Shown here one piece after another: positions 19,531 to 29,441 of a stretch of DNA of 33,824 nucleotides. Each line of letters starts with the position of its first letter. The first letter of the stretch is position 1. Source of the stretch: Pseudomonadota bacterium (GTDB lineage: Bacteria > Bdellovibrionota_C > UBA2361 > OMII01); the NCBI GenBank assembly GCA_038134595.1, contig JAYPVM010000017.1:1-33824 (forward strand). The letters run 5' to 3'. The position numbers were made by a program, and so were the translations under genes. The notes beneath the pieces were generated by a model. That model worked only from the letters and a program-made list of their open reading frames with translations. It had not been told where the DNA came from and made no database searches.

Positions 19531-21372
19531 ATGGCAAAAAAACTATCCAAAACAGCGGTAGCTGTATTAAAGGAATATTTTGGATATCCCAAATTTCGCC
19601 CGCTACAAGAAGATATCATTACTTCATCACTCAATGGTCGTGATGTAATCGCACTCCTTCCCACAGGTGGAGGAAAGTCTATCTGCTATCAAATCCCAGC
19701 AATTATACGTTCGGGGCTCACCGTCGTGATCTCTCCCCTAATTGCACTGATGAAGGATCAGGTCGATTCTCTTAACCACAATGGCATTCCAGCGGCGTAT
19801 CTAAATTCGAGCTTGAATGAAACAGAGAGTCGAGAAACGTGGCGAAGAATATACGGTGGCGAGATAAAAATACTATACGTATCTCCTGAGCGTCTCTTAC
19901 TCGATGGGATGCTGCAGACTCTTCGTGATATCAGTCTTGAGTTTGTCGCTATCGATGAAGCTCACTGCATCTCATCATGGGGGCACGACTTTAGGCCCGA
20001 GTATCGTGCTCTTAGGCGCATTCGAGAGCTCTTTCCTGAAATACCGCTCATGGCACTGACCGCCTCAGCCACAGAGCGAGTCAGAAAAGACATCGCCGAT
20101 ATGCTTGGAATGATAGATCCTGAGTTCTATGTGGCCAGCTTCAATCGCCCAAATCTCTCATACCGAATTATTCCAAAAATGCAGCCCCTAAAACAGTTGC
20201 GGGAGATCCTATCAGAGCACATCGATGAAAGCGGAATCATCTATTGTTTGAGCCGTAATACAACGGAACGTGTCGCTGAGGAACTTATTCGTAATGGCGT
20301 CAAGGCTTCTGCATATCATGCGGGACTCTCCTCAGAACATCGATCCAAACGACAAGAACAGTTTGTTAATGATAAAATTCAAGTGATGGTAGCAACAATT
20401 GCGTTTGGAATGGGTATCGACAAACCAGATGTACGATTTGTTATTCATCACGACTTGCCGAAAAACATCGAGAGCTACTATCAGGAGACAGGGCGTGCAG
20501 GTCGTGACGGACTCCCTAGCGAATGTGTTTTACTCTATACCCCCGCTGATGCAGCAAAGCTTCGTAATTTTAACGACCAACTAACTGACGATACGGAACG
20601 AGAACACGCCAATCGACAGCTAACATCTTTACTGAATTTTGCCGAGAGTTCCGAGTGCCGTCGTGTCACACTTCTCAGGCACTTCGGAGAGACGTACCGA
20701 GATAAAAATGACACCCCCGTTACCACCTGCGGTTCCTGTGACAACTGCCTTACACCGAGAACAAGCATCGACGGCACAGAAATCGCGCAAAAATACATCT
20801 CTTGTGTCTTACGGGTTCAAAAGCACAGCGGTTTCGCTGTCGGTTTTGGACATCTCACCGATATCTTGACCGGAGCATCCACTGAAAAAATTCGTCGCTG
20901 GGGACACGACTCCCTATCAACCTACGGCATAGGATCAAATCGCTCAAAAGCTGAGTGGACCTACTTCGGTCGAGAACTTGTTACTCGAGGATTGTTGCAG
21001 ATAAATCAGAATAAATACAACGTCATTGAAGTTACACAAGCTGGTGTTGATTTTTTAAAAAACGGTGGCACGGTATCTCTCACTGCTCCATTAGTTACTT
21101 CAAAGCTTGGCTCCGAGAAAAAAGCTCTTCAGAAAAAACGGCTTGGCGCAATAGAATACGACCGGGATACATTCGAGAAGCTTCGGGTATGGAGGATGGA
21201 AACGGCGCGCACTAAATCGGTGCCAGCTTATATGATATTTAGCGATGTCACGCTTCAACAGCTTGCCGCAAAACGGCCCCAGTCAATACATGGCTTGAGT
21301 TCTATCAATGGAATCGGAGAAAAAAAGCTTTCACTATACGGCGAGCAACTACTTCAAGTCCTTAGTCAGTAG
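19531..21372 (+). CDS. recQ: DNA helicase RecQ
   Basis: LPTGGGKS, DEAH, WGHDFRP, QETGRAGRDG, Zn motif CRR...CGSCDNC, RQC and HRDC domains. Confidence 0.98.
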   Translation: MAKKLSKTAVAVLKEYFGYPKFRPLQEDIITSSLNGRDVIALLPTGGGKSICYQIPAIIRSGLTVVISPLIALMKDQVDSLNHNGIPAAYLNSSLNETESRETWRRIYGGEIKILYVSPERLLLDGMLQTLRDISLEFVAIDEAHCISSWGHDFRPEYRALRRIRELFPEIPLMALTASATERVRKDIADMLGMIDPEFYVASFNRPNLSYRIIPKMQPLKQLREILSEHIDESGIIYCLSRNTTERVAEELIRNGVKASAYHAGLSSEHRSKRQEQFVNDKIQVMVATIAFGMGIDKPDVRFVIHHDLPKNIESYYQETGRAGRDGLPSECVLLYTPADAAKLRNFNDQLTDDTEREHANRQLTSLLNFAESSECRRVTLLRHFGETYRDKNDTPVTTCGSCDNCLTPRTSIDGTEIAQKYISCVLRVQKHSGFAVGFGHLTDILTGASTEKIRRWGHDSLSTYGIGSNRSKAEWTYFGRELVTRGLLQINQNKYNVIEVTQAGVDFLKNGGTVSLTAPLVTSKLGSEKKALQKKRLGAIEYDRDTFEKLRVWRMETARTKSVPAYMIFSDVTLQQLAAKRPQSIHGLSSINGIGEKKLSLYGEQLLQVLSQ

Positions 21373-21400
21373 ACGTTCTTAAGCCTCGCGAAGGACACCC

Positions 21401-21787
21401 TTAATCAGAAAGTAATGCAGACAATAAATCTAACGTTTCTTTTGAGCCAAGTCCTTGCTTGCCAAAGCCTTGCACCGCTCCCACCTTCATCGCTTTCTCT
21501 TGATACTCGGGATAATTTGACACCAGTAACACATGGGCTGGATTAGCATCTCCCCTCCTCGCTTTTTCCGCTAAAAGATCCTCGATCAGTTCAACTCCAC
21601 TTGATCTATCTCTATCGAGAATGCGGTTAACCAACACGAGAGTTATTTGATTGTTGCTAATATGTTCTCGTGCTTCTATGGCATCGTGCGCCCGTAACAC
21701 CCGCACACCTAACGATTGGAGTACGGTTCTAATCGCCGCGTGGTCTGGATTACACTGTCCAACATCAATTGCAATCTTCTGCGCCAC
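21401..21787 (-). CDS. Single-domain atypical response regulator (pseudo-receiver)
   Basis: CheY-like pattern (LVLVN, SGVELI, VLLVS, GA..FGK), but the phospho-acceptor position is Asn54 and the acidic pocket reads GQC. Confidence 0.8.
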   Translation of the reverse strand: MAQKIAIDVGQCNPDHAAIRTVLQSLGVRVLRAHDAIEAREHISNNQITLVLVNRILDRDRSSGVELIEDLLAEKARRGDANPAHVLLVSNYPEYQEKAMKVGAVQGFGKQGLGSKETLDLLSALLSD

Positions 21788-21796
21788 GTTTTCCCC

Positions 21797-22459
21797 TTAA
21801 AATTTCGTAATTCCGGTTGAAGTTCCAACTAGTAGTTCAGTAATACAATCTGAAAAGAGGCCGCTTTCTACAACTCCTACCAGGCCCCTGATATTATTTT
21901 CTAACGATGCGTCAATCGAGGAAAACTCGGCATCCAGTAAAATATTTCCGCGCTCGGTAATCACAGGGCCATGTTTTCCGCTTCCACTTCGAAGCTCTAC
22001 CTGCTGCGCCCCGAGGTTTCGAAGTCCCTCTTCCGCAAGTATTCGAGCCTCTGGTATTACCTCAACCGGGATCGGACACCCACTACCGAGAATCGGTACT
22101 AACTTAGACTCATCAACTATGACAACAAAGGCATCACAGCGCTTTGCAAGGATTTTTTCCTGAAGGAGCGCCCCGCCCTTTCCTTTAATGGCCCATCGCT
22201 GACTTGTAACTTGATCCGCTCCGTCAAATCCCCATGACAAGCGGCCACAAAAACCCGTGTAGAGCACCTCCAGCCCGAGCTCTTGGCACCGCCACGCACT
22301 TTGATATGAAGTCGGTACTACCTTAATTGAGAGCCCCTCTCCAACAACGCGCTTTCCAATCGCTTCGAGCGCACAATCGACAGTAGAACCCGTTCCCACA
22401 CCTATAAGATCTCCATCTCGAACTCGTGAGGCAATTTCTTGTGCTACCAACTCTTTCAT
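21797..22459 (-). CDS. rpiA: Ribose-5-phosphate isomerase A
   Basis: IGVGTGSTV, DGADQV, IKGKGGALLQEK, GPVITERGN, GVVESGLF. Confidence 0.95.
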   Translation of the reverse strand: MKELVAQEIASRVRDGDLIGVGTGSTVDCALEAIGKRVVGEGLSIKVVPTSYQSAWRCQELGLEVLYTGFCGRLSWGFDGADQVTSQRWAIKGKGGALLQEKILAKRCDAFVVIVDESKLVPILGSGCPIPVEVIPEARILAEEGLRNLGAQQVELRSGSGKHGPVITERGNILLDAEFSSIDASLENNIRGLVGVVESGLFSDCITELLVGTSTGITKF

Positions 22460-23499
22460 AGTGCCACCCTTCTCTCATTAATCCATCGACGGATATATCT
22501 ACTTCGACTCGATAATTTTTTCGCTTCGATAAGTCCCTTCAGAGAACTTCTCTCCTGAAGAAGCACTCCAGCAATGACGATGATATTGCGTACAATGATA
22601 CCCCAGAGCAACATCCAAAGCCCATCCCTAAACCGCCAGTTATTCACTTGCAGTAAAAAGCGGTTGCGTACCCCAAGCATATTTAACTCAGCCGGTAGTG
22701 ACTTTCGTCGCTCCGGCAACACAACTCGCACATGGTTAGCGACAGCCTCTGGCTCATACCAACAAAGCCATCCCAAGGAACGAACTCTCCATGACAAATC
22801 AGCATCCTCTCTATAAGCAAAGAAAGCCTCGTCAAAGAGCTGAGTACGCTTTCCGTGCTCATTGTCCAGCTCGGGATAAACATCATACAATTGTTCGTTC
22901 GGAAGATTATCCGGCAACGAAACACTCTCCACACACTCTCGTGAAATAAGCAAGCACGCCCCAGTAGCGCCAAAGACAAACTCTCCAGAACTAAACTGGC
23001 CGTTATCCCACGCTCCCGATCCCCTGTCAAAGTGTCGGCATGCAGCTGTAAGCTCCATGCCACACGCATCTAAAACATGCGGATAGATCGGCTCCAAAGA
23101 CGGCAGCGCCCGAAGCAACTTAGGCGTTACCATACCAATACGCCTCTGGGTAGAAAGTCGATGGATACTTGATATTAAAAAGTTGGGCGATAAACCAACA
23201 TCAGGATTTAACACAAGAAGAGCGTCACATTTAGAGTTTACAAAATTGTATGCTCCTTGATTGTGTCCACCTGAAAAACCAATATTTGCTGGATTGCAAC
23301 CAAGCGTTATCCCCTCTTGCAAACATTCTGTAACAGCCCCCACTGTAGCATCGGTGGAGGCGTTATCTGTAATGTGAATAAAGAGATTAGATCCGAGTGT
23401 ATACTGTTCTTGCTTGATCACACGGGAGATACATTCAGCAATAATCTCCTCACTGTTCCATGTCACAATATGAACAAAAACTGACGGTAACTTTTTCAT
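22456..23499 (-). CDS. Family 2 glycosyltransferase
   Basis: IVTWNS, DNASTD, NIGFSGGHN, LNPD, FFAYREDADL; overlaps rpiA (ATGA). Confidence 0.92.
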   Translation of the reverse strand: MKKLPSVFVHIVTWNSEEIIAECISRVIKQEQYTLGSNLFIHITDNASTDATVGAVTECLQEGITLGCNPANIGFSGGHNQGAYNFVNSKCDALLVLNPDVGLSPNFLISSIHRLSTQRRIGMVTPKLLRALPSLEPIYPHVLDACGMELTAACRHFDRGSGAWDNGQFSSGEFVFGATGACLLISRECVESVSLPDNLPNEQLYDVYPELDNEHGKRTQLFDEAFFAYREDADLSWRVRSLGWLCWYEPEAVANHVRVVLPERRKSLPAELNMLGVRNRFLLQVNNWRFRDGLWMLLWGIIVRNIIVIAGVLLQERSSLKGLIEAKKLSSRSRYIRRWINERRVAL

Positions 23500-24803
23500 T
23501 ATGGTTTATTTGCTGGTATCGTAATTCCTCGCTCACTCAGAATTTTAGCAAAAACTCTCTCAAGCTCTTCTTTTGAAAGTGGTGTGATACGTCGTCCATT
23601 TACCCATACTGACGGCGTCACGTACAATCCCGCCCGTTTTCCCTCACGAATATCGGCAACTATACGGGATTGATAACGAGCAGTTTGCATGCAGGATTCT
23701 AAAGCAATCACATCAAGCCCTAAACCACCTCCGATGGAGCTTACAAGAGTTTTGTGCACAGCTTCTTCAGATTGCGTATGTTCAACGATAGGATCAGAAA
23801 AGACGGCGTCAAGGGCTTCCCAAAATCGTCCCTGCTCACCAGCACACCGGGTAAACATCGCCGCTTTACATGCGTGCCGATGAAACGGCCTAGCAATAGT
23901 CGGATTACAAGCGTGATCGAGCGGGTAATTTTTGAAAGTAAAAGAGTACAACCCTTCATAGCGCTGCAACAGTGCTTTCATATCGCTGTAGAGCTTTCGA
24001 CATCCCGGACATTCAATATCAGCAAATTCAACGATCTGAATGGGTGCATTTTGGTCGCCTTTACTAAAGTCTCCATACATTCCGCCACTATGGTCAAGCT
24101 GAAATGAGAACACTGGAGCCTGCTCCCAAAGATCAGCCTGCCGCACCACTGATACATCACCCTCGGGACGACCACTCGTAAAAGATATAACCAACATCAT
24201 CAGAGGCTGAGATAACACCATCAGCGCTACAGCAAATGCTACAAACAACAATACTCGTAAGGCGCTGCCATTTCCGGTTCGAAAACGGGCCAATACCGAC
24301 AAAAAGGCATTGGCTCCATTGCGCACACTCTTCCAAATACCATCTTTCCGACATTGAATAGCAACGAGCCCAAATAACGCGCCATTAACCACGTAGGTTG
24401 CAAGACACAAAGGACAAAGCACTCCGATCATGAACTTTGAGATACCAAAGAGCACAATAGAAAAACAGACCCCTAAAAATGTCCAAAGATACAAAATTCC
24501 CCTTAACTGCGTCGGACTAAAGAGCTCTCGCCTCGGTGCAAGACTGACAAGACCAAGAGCTATCGTGTAGTAAAACAACCCATACGAGGCAATTGGAATT
24601 CCTAAAAAAGAAGACCATGCACTGGCATTAACCGCCTCGCAATTGAACTCATTTGAGATAGTACAAAAACTCTCTCCCTTAAAATATCCCTCGACATATC
24701 CAACATGGTGGTAGAGAGATAGGACTGAGAGCACCAGCCCCAGAAATAAGAGCAATCGCAAGGCCATATTGCGACTCAATGATATAGGTGTAGAACTAGC
24801 CAT
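23499..24803 (-). CDS. VKOR-DsbA (thioredoxin-fold) fusion, disulfide bond formation
   Basis: VKOR loop cysteines FC...NCEAVNASAWS, active-site CPLC, TM helices; C-terminal domain IVEFADIECPGC, NYPLD and VTPS cis-Pro loop. Confidence 0.92.
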   Translation of the reverse strand: MASSTPISLSRNMALRLLLFLGLVLSVLSLYHHVGYVEGYFKGESFCTISNEFNCEAVNASAWSSFLGIPIASYGLFYYTIALGLVSLAPRRELFSPTQLRGILYLWTFLGVCFSIVLFGISKFMIGVLCPLCLATYVVNGALFGLVAIQCRKDGIWKSVRNGANAFLSVLARFRTGNGSALRVLLFVAFAVALMVLSQPLMMLVISFTSGRPEGDVSVVRQADLWEQAPVFSFQLDHSGGMYGDFSKGDQNAPIQIVEFADIECPGCRKLYSDMKALLQRYEGLYSFTFKNYPLDHACNPTIARPFHRHACKAAMFTRCAGEQGRFWEALDAVFSDPIVEHTQSEEAVHKTLVSSIGGGLGLDVIALESCMQTARYQSRIVADIREGKRAGLYVTPSVWVNGRRITPLSKEELERVFAKILSERGITIPANKP

Positions 24804-25035
24804 TAACTGGACTCATCGCTCCTTGATTTCTACCTTATCGAACGAAGTAAGTGAACGCTATATATTCGCCTCTCTTACTGTATGCTCTATCAATTGTGAT
24901 TGCCATATAGAAAGCACATAGTCGAAAAGCTCTCCACACCCTCGCACACAGACTAGCGCGCCCCCAAAGGACACCATCGCCCAGGAGAAGGCTGTGTAGA
25001 GTGGCACACTACATCAGGGAGGGAATTCTGCGTAC

Positions 25036-25341
25036 CTAGGCTACATCGCCTTCAGTAAACAAGAGCGGAGGCTTTCTCAACGTAAAGCCAGACTGAGAAA
25101 GCTTCACCCAAATCTCTTGAAGGATCTCCTTATTTTGCGTGTCAAGAAGCTCATAGATTGCATCCAAGCTCATCACCTGTTGCATAGCGCTCATCGCAAA
25201 AATCGGGGCCGCTTCCTCTTTAAGAAGCCTGTCTCGAACCTCAGAGATAAATACGCACAGTTCTTCAGTTGAGGAAATCTGTGCTATTGAATCGATAGCA
25301 CCCCCGGACTGTTGCGACTTTGTTGCTTTCTTTTTTTTCAT
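25036..25341 (-). CDS. Hypothetical protein
   Basis: 101-aa ORF 11 nt downstream of the previous co-oriented gene; helical composition; no recognised motif. Confidence 0.75.
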   Translation of the reverse strand: MKKKKATKSQQSGGAIDSIAQISSTEELCVFISEVRDRLLKEEAAPIFAMSAMQQVMSLDAIYELLDTQNKEILQEIWVKLSQSGFTLRKPPLLFTEGDVA

Positions 25342-25352
25342 AGTCTTCTATC

Positions 25353-26093
25353 CTATTTATCTACAGGGATTAACTCAATAGCCTGATTGTAGCGGGTGGG
25401 ATTATCGCTTGGATCAATTACCACCGGTGCATCAACAATAACAGACCTTGTTTCTAATCGTCGAGGCTCTACTCCTGCCTTAATTAGCTCGTTGACAATT
25501 TCTCGCGCTCGTCGATCCGTTAAATGTCGAACATAAACATTATCTGAAGTGGCGACACTCTTAGCATATGATGCAACTACGATCCTAGAATACGGCAATC
25601 GATGTTTATTGAGCTTCGCTATTTCACCAACAATAGTGACCCCTTGATTGCTTAACGATGCGGAATCACCCACAAAAAATAGATCTGCAGGATAAATATC
25701 TCGGGCAGGATAGATAGCCATGCGTCTCTCATAATGCGCTGCCAAAACCTCTTGCGCAACGACACGGCGCTGCTCTTGTCTGATTCGATAGGCATTGTGC
25801 ATCGAGTCTTCTTCGAGACTATCGCGAACCATTCCGTGAATAGCACCCGCCGCAGCCCCGAAACCAGCTCCGATAGCAGCTCCAGGACCTGTTGCAACAC
25901 CCATTTGAAATCCCATTACCGCACCCGCTCCTGCACCCTCTACCGCGCCAGTTGCCGCACCACTAAACATCTTATCTGGCCCCGGCACAGGTCTCTTCGA
26001 ACATCCAACGCCATGCAGACCAGACAGCACAAATACGCTAGCGATAACAACGCGCAGAACTTCTTGACTCCAACCGTGTACCTTCGCTTTCAC
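25353..26093 (-). CDS. Glycine-zipper lipoprotein with degenerate OmpA-like C-terminal domain
   Basis: Lipobox GVG|C, GAATGAVEGAGAGA glycine zipper, LTDRRAREIVNELIKAGVEPRRL; AGGAG before GTG. Confidence 0.8.
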   Translation of the reverse strand: MKAKVHGWSQEVLRVVIASVFVLSGLHGVGCSKRPVPGPDKMFSGAATGAVEGAGAGAVMGFQMGVATGPGAAIGAGFGAAAGAIHGMVRDSLEEDSMHNAYRIRQEQRRVVAQEVLAAHYERRMAIYPARDIYPADLFFVGDSASLSNQGVTIVGEIAKLNKHRLPYSRIVVASYAKSVATSDNVYVRHLTDRRAREIVNELIKAGVEPRRLETRSVIVDAPVVIDPSDNPTRYNQAIELIPVDK

Positions 26094-26151
26094 CGTTTTG
26101 CTCCTAAATAAAGGATCCTCTTTAATCCCTCTTAGGATGACAGCGACGCTC

Positions 26152-27615
26152 TTATTGTCTCACAATAGACTCTATAAAACCGAGTTTTATTATATTACTT
26201 CCGAAGAGAGGGCTATCCTCAACCTTCGTCTCCTGCTCAAGCGAGGCGCGCGCTGCCTCGTCACCGACGACAACCGTAACAAGTTCATCGACTCTCCATC
26301 TTCCCTTCGCCACACTCTGAACCGCATTACTATCCACATCGGCAATTAACTGAAGATAAGTTTCATCGTACGTCGCCGGATACCGAAGTAACTCCTGCCT
26401 GGCAAGGCGTCCTGCAATTGCATCACTCGACGAGAAGTTAAAGACATACGACTGTTCTATAGCCGACTTCTTCTCAAGAAGCTCTTTGGCTGAGAGGGGC
26501 TGATTCTGAAGAACGTTAAGAACCTTCACCGACTCTCTGATAGCGGGGCCAACCGAGGCTCCTTTGGTTTGTAAAAAAACATAATTTACCCCTCGAACAA
26601 TCCCCGGTGATATCGCGCCATAAATACCGTAAGAAAGACCCAGCTCCGTGCGAACCCTCTGCATTAGCCGAGAACCAAATCCGCCCGAACCAAACGCCTC
26701 ATTAAATACATCAATGGCCGGATAATCTTCCGTAAAGCGTGTCACTCCTTGATGCCCCATCTCAACTGACGCCTGCTTAAAGGGCAGTTCTATGAAGTAT
26801 ATCCCTGCAGGCGCCTGTTCACCGACCTCAGGAGCCTCTGGGAGAGTCTTTCCTCGCGCCCCCCAGTCTTTAAAACGGTTCTCAACAAGCTCGACTACCG
26901 CCTCACGCTCAATTGCGCCCGTAATTACAAGCAAAGCTTCATCAGGTCGAACTAAATGATTATGCAACCTGACAAGCTCTGCTCTTCCAATGCGTCTAAT
27001 ATCTTTTGATAGCGTAATCGTTCCGTACGGACTATTGCCGTATACAAGCTCGGTAAAGGCAGCGGACGCCACACTCGTGGGATCTTCAACGCGCCGACGT
27101 ATCCCCTCTAAAGCCTGCCCCTTCCATAATGCTAGCTTGTGCTCTTCAAAGTGGGGGTTCCTTACTACATCGGAAAATATCCGAAATACCCTGTTTACGT
27201 CAGAGGCAAGACATGAAAATGATACCACTCCAAACTCCTTTGAAAACGAGCTCGAGACAGAGGCCGCCAACTTCTCTAGCTCCTTATCGAGCACATCTGC
27301 ACTATATCTACCCGAGCCGCCTCCACGCATGAGATCTCCCATAGCAGACGTTGTTCCCGGAGGATATTGACCCGCCCACAACGAACCACCACGCATTAAC
27401 AAGCTTCCCCGCACGACAGGCAGCTCATCATCCTTTAGATAAACAACTTGCAAACCATTTGGGAGTGTCCAGCGCTCCGGTATAGGAGGTTTAAAATTGA
27501 GCACCTCATCCTCACGAGTCATTACCGGAGGGGCGATGGTATTTTTAATGGTGGCACACCCCACCATTACATTTAGGACGACAACGAATGAAAGCAATCT
27601 GCTAATTATTCTCAC
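26152..27615 (-). CDS. M16B peptidase, non-catalytic subunit (predicted lipoprotein)
   Basis: TLPNGLQV, no HxxEH, retains RLMQRVRTELGLSY (R/Y pair); lipobox MVG|C; AAGGA before GTG. Confidence 0.88.
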   Translation of the reverse strand: MRIISRLLSFVVVLNVMVGCATIKNTIAPPVMTREDEVLNFKPPIPERWTLPNGLQVVYLKDDELPVVRGSLLMRGGSLWAGQYPPGTTSAMGDLMRGGGSGRYSADVLDKELEKLAASVSSSFSKEFGVVSFSCLASDVNRVFRIFSDVVRNPHFEEHKLALWKGQALEGIRRRVEDPTSVASAAFTELVYGNSPYGTITLSKDIRRIGRAELVRLHNHLVRPDEALLVITGAIEREAVVELVENRFKDWGARGKTLPEAPEVGEQAPAGIYFIELPFKQASVEMGHQGVTRFTEDYPAIDVFNEAFGSGGFGSRLMQRVRTELGLSYGIYGAISPGIVRGVNYVFLQTKGASVGPAIRESVKVLNVLQNQPLSAKELLEKKSAIEQSYVFNFSSSDAIAGRLARQELLRYPATYDETYLQLIADVDSNAVQSVAKGRWRVDELVTVVVGDEAARASLEQETKVEDSPLFGSNIIKLGFIESIVRQ

Positions 27616-27670
27616 GCTCTATTCCTTTCAAAGAAAATTCTCTAATTCCCCTATCCTCAAAAGACGCTAT

Positions 27671-29146
27671 TCACCGCGATCTCTCAATCGTCGCTATTGT
27701 TCGCTGACTCTTTCGCAGATACTGTCGCGCAACCCGCTCAACATCATCAACTGAAACCGCAAGCATCTTGTCATACCACTCGACAGATGCCTTCCAAGTA
27801 CCGTAGGTCAGTTGTGAAGTTGCAAAATCGAGTGCCAACGACTGATTTGAACCTAAGTGTGCCAGATATTCCATTCCTATCGCACGCTGTGCAATCTCCA
27901 AATCCTCTTTTGAAACACCCTTGCGGAGAAACCGTTCCACAACTCTGTCAAATGCTCGAAGAAATGCATCGGGATCGTGCGGGGCTTTAACGGATCCGGC
28001 AAACATCAGTAAATTAGGATACACCGCTCCCGGCCCCTCATCTTGTCCAATACTCGCTGCGACTTGTTTGCGCTGCACCAGCTCTTTATAAAGCGGCGAA
28101 GTTTTACCACCCGCAAGAATCTCGGCCATCACCGTAAGTGGTGGATCGTCTGGATGAGGGTAATTAGGCTTTCGATACGCCACAATGACCTCCGGAAACG
28201 CTTTAATAGACAGATTGATCCGTCGTTGTCCCTGCTGTTCTGGCTCCCTAGGTATCGCTCTATGTATAGGATCTCCCACGGGGAGCCCGCCAAAATACTC
28301 CTCGACAAGCTTTATATCCTTATCTGGGTCGACCCGACCAACCAAACTAATAACGATATTGGACGGTATATAGTAACGCTTTCGAAAATCTTTAAGCGCC
28401 GTTGCTGTCAGTGAACGAATATCTTCTTCATACCCAATTACAGGCGCTCTATACGGATGGCGCTGATATGCCACACCAAGTAAAAGCTCATAGAGCTTCC
28501 CGCCTGGGCTGTCTTCAAAGCGCATACGCCTCTCTTCCAAGACAACATCTCTTTCTTGATAGAACTGTCGCATAATAGGCGTCATCAATCGATCAGACTC
28601 CATACGACACCAGAATTCGAACGCCGAACGAGGTAGGTTTACAAAGTATTTTGTAAACTCCTTGTCAGTTGTTGCATTCTGTCCAACTGCGCCTTTTTTC
28701 TCATAACGGATCGTAAAATCATCTGCTATCCAGATTGAACGCAACTGCTCATGAATCAACTCCCATTCCCTGCGCTGATCATCGGAAAGGTCGTTCCCAG
28801 CATTACTCTCAGAAGCTATCTCCTCTAATCTCGCCAATAATTTACGCTCAGTGCCGTAATCAGTCGTGCCGATAGTTTTTGAGCCCTTAAACGCCATGTG
28901 TTCAAACATGTGGGATATTCCGGTAGAGCCTGATTCCTCATCACTCCCTCCAACCCGTACCACCACGGCACCAGCAAAAATTGGAGCCTCTCCCCTGCGA
29001 TAAAAAACAACCTTTATGCCATTTGAGAGCGTGTAGGTGCGAACCTTTGAAACCATCTCCCGAAGAGCACTTTGCGACCCCTCCGCTGAGCCACACCTTG
29101 GAATTGATAGACACAAGAACACCAGCGCTAAGACTATTTTTTTCAT
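27671..29146 (-). CDS. M16B zinc peptidase, catalytic subunit
   Basis: TLSNGIKV, HMFEH inverted zinc motif, NATT, ERDVVLEERR, HPY; start moved to ATG 29146 (AAGGA SD, signal peptide). Confidence 0.92.
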   Translation of the reverse strand: MKKIVLALVFLCLSIPRCGSAEGSQSALREMVSKVRTYTLSNGIKVVFYRRGEAPIFAGAVVVRVGGSDEESGSTGISHMFEHMAFKGSKTIGTTDYGTERKLLARLEEIASESNAGNDLSDDQRREWELIHEQLRSIWIADDFTIRYEKKGAVGQNATTDKEFTKYFVNLPRSAFEFWCRMESDRLMTPIMRQFYQERDVVLEERRMRFEDSPGGKLYELLLGVAYQRHPYRAPVIGYEEDIRSLTATALKDFRKRYYIPSNIVISLVGRVDPDKDIKLVEEYFGGLPVGDPIHRAIPREPEQQGQRRINLSIKAFPEVIVAYRKPNYPHPDDPPLTVMAEILAGGKTSPLYKELVQRKQVAASIGQDEGPGAVYPNLLMFAGSVKAPHDPDAFLRAFDRVVERFLRKGVSKEDLEIAQRAIGMEYLAHLGSNQSLALDFATSQLTYGTWKASVEWYDKMLAVSVDDVERVARQYLRKSQRTIATIERSR

Positions 29147-29364
29147 TCTTTCCTTCACGTCCTGTTTGCAACGCACGGCTCGACTCGTTTTACGCCACTT
29201 AATCTGACTATGTCTCACCTCTACCGTCAGCAGAATCTATACCTATAGCTCGTAGGATACTGTTGACTCGTCAAAGATACAACTGTGAGCTACACATGGC
29301 GACTCGGAGTCACTATATTCCACGCCCAAGGGCATTGCAGCAGAGTAGATATCCCTTCCAAGGG

Positions 29365-29393
29365 TTGACTTAATGCCCCTCAGTCAATAAAGA
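29365..29393 (+). promoter_or_regulatory. sigma70-type promoter of fabD with overlapping inverted repeat
   Basis: TTGACT (29365-29370), 17 nt, TAAGAT (29388-29393); AGTCAA at 29382-29387 is the inverse of the -35. Confidence 0.65.
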
Positions 29394-29441
29394 TCCTTGT
29401 CGCACGCAAAACAAAGAGTAACTATTTCAAAAAGGTGTTGT

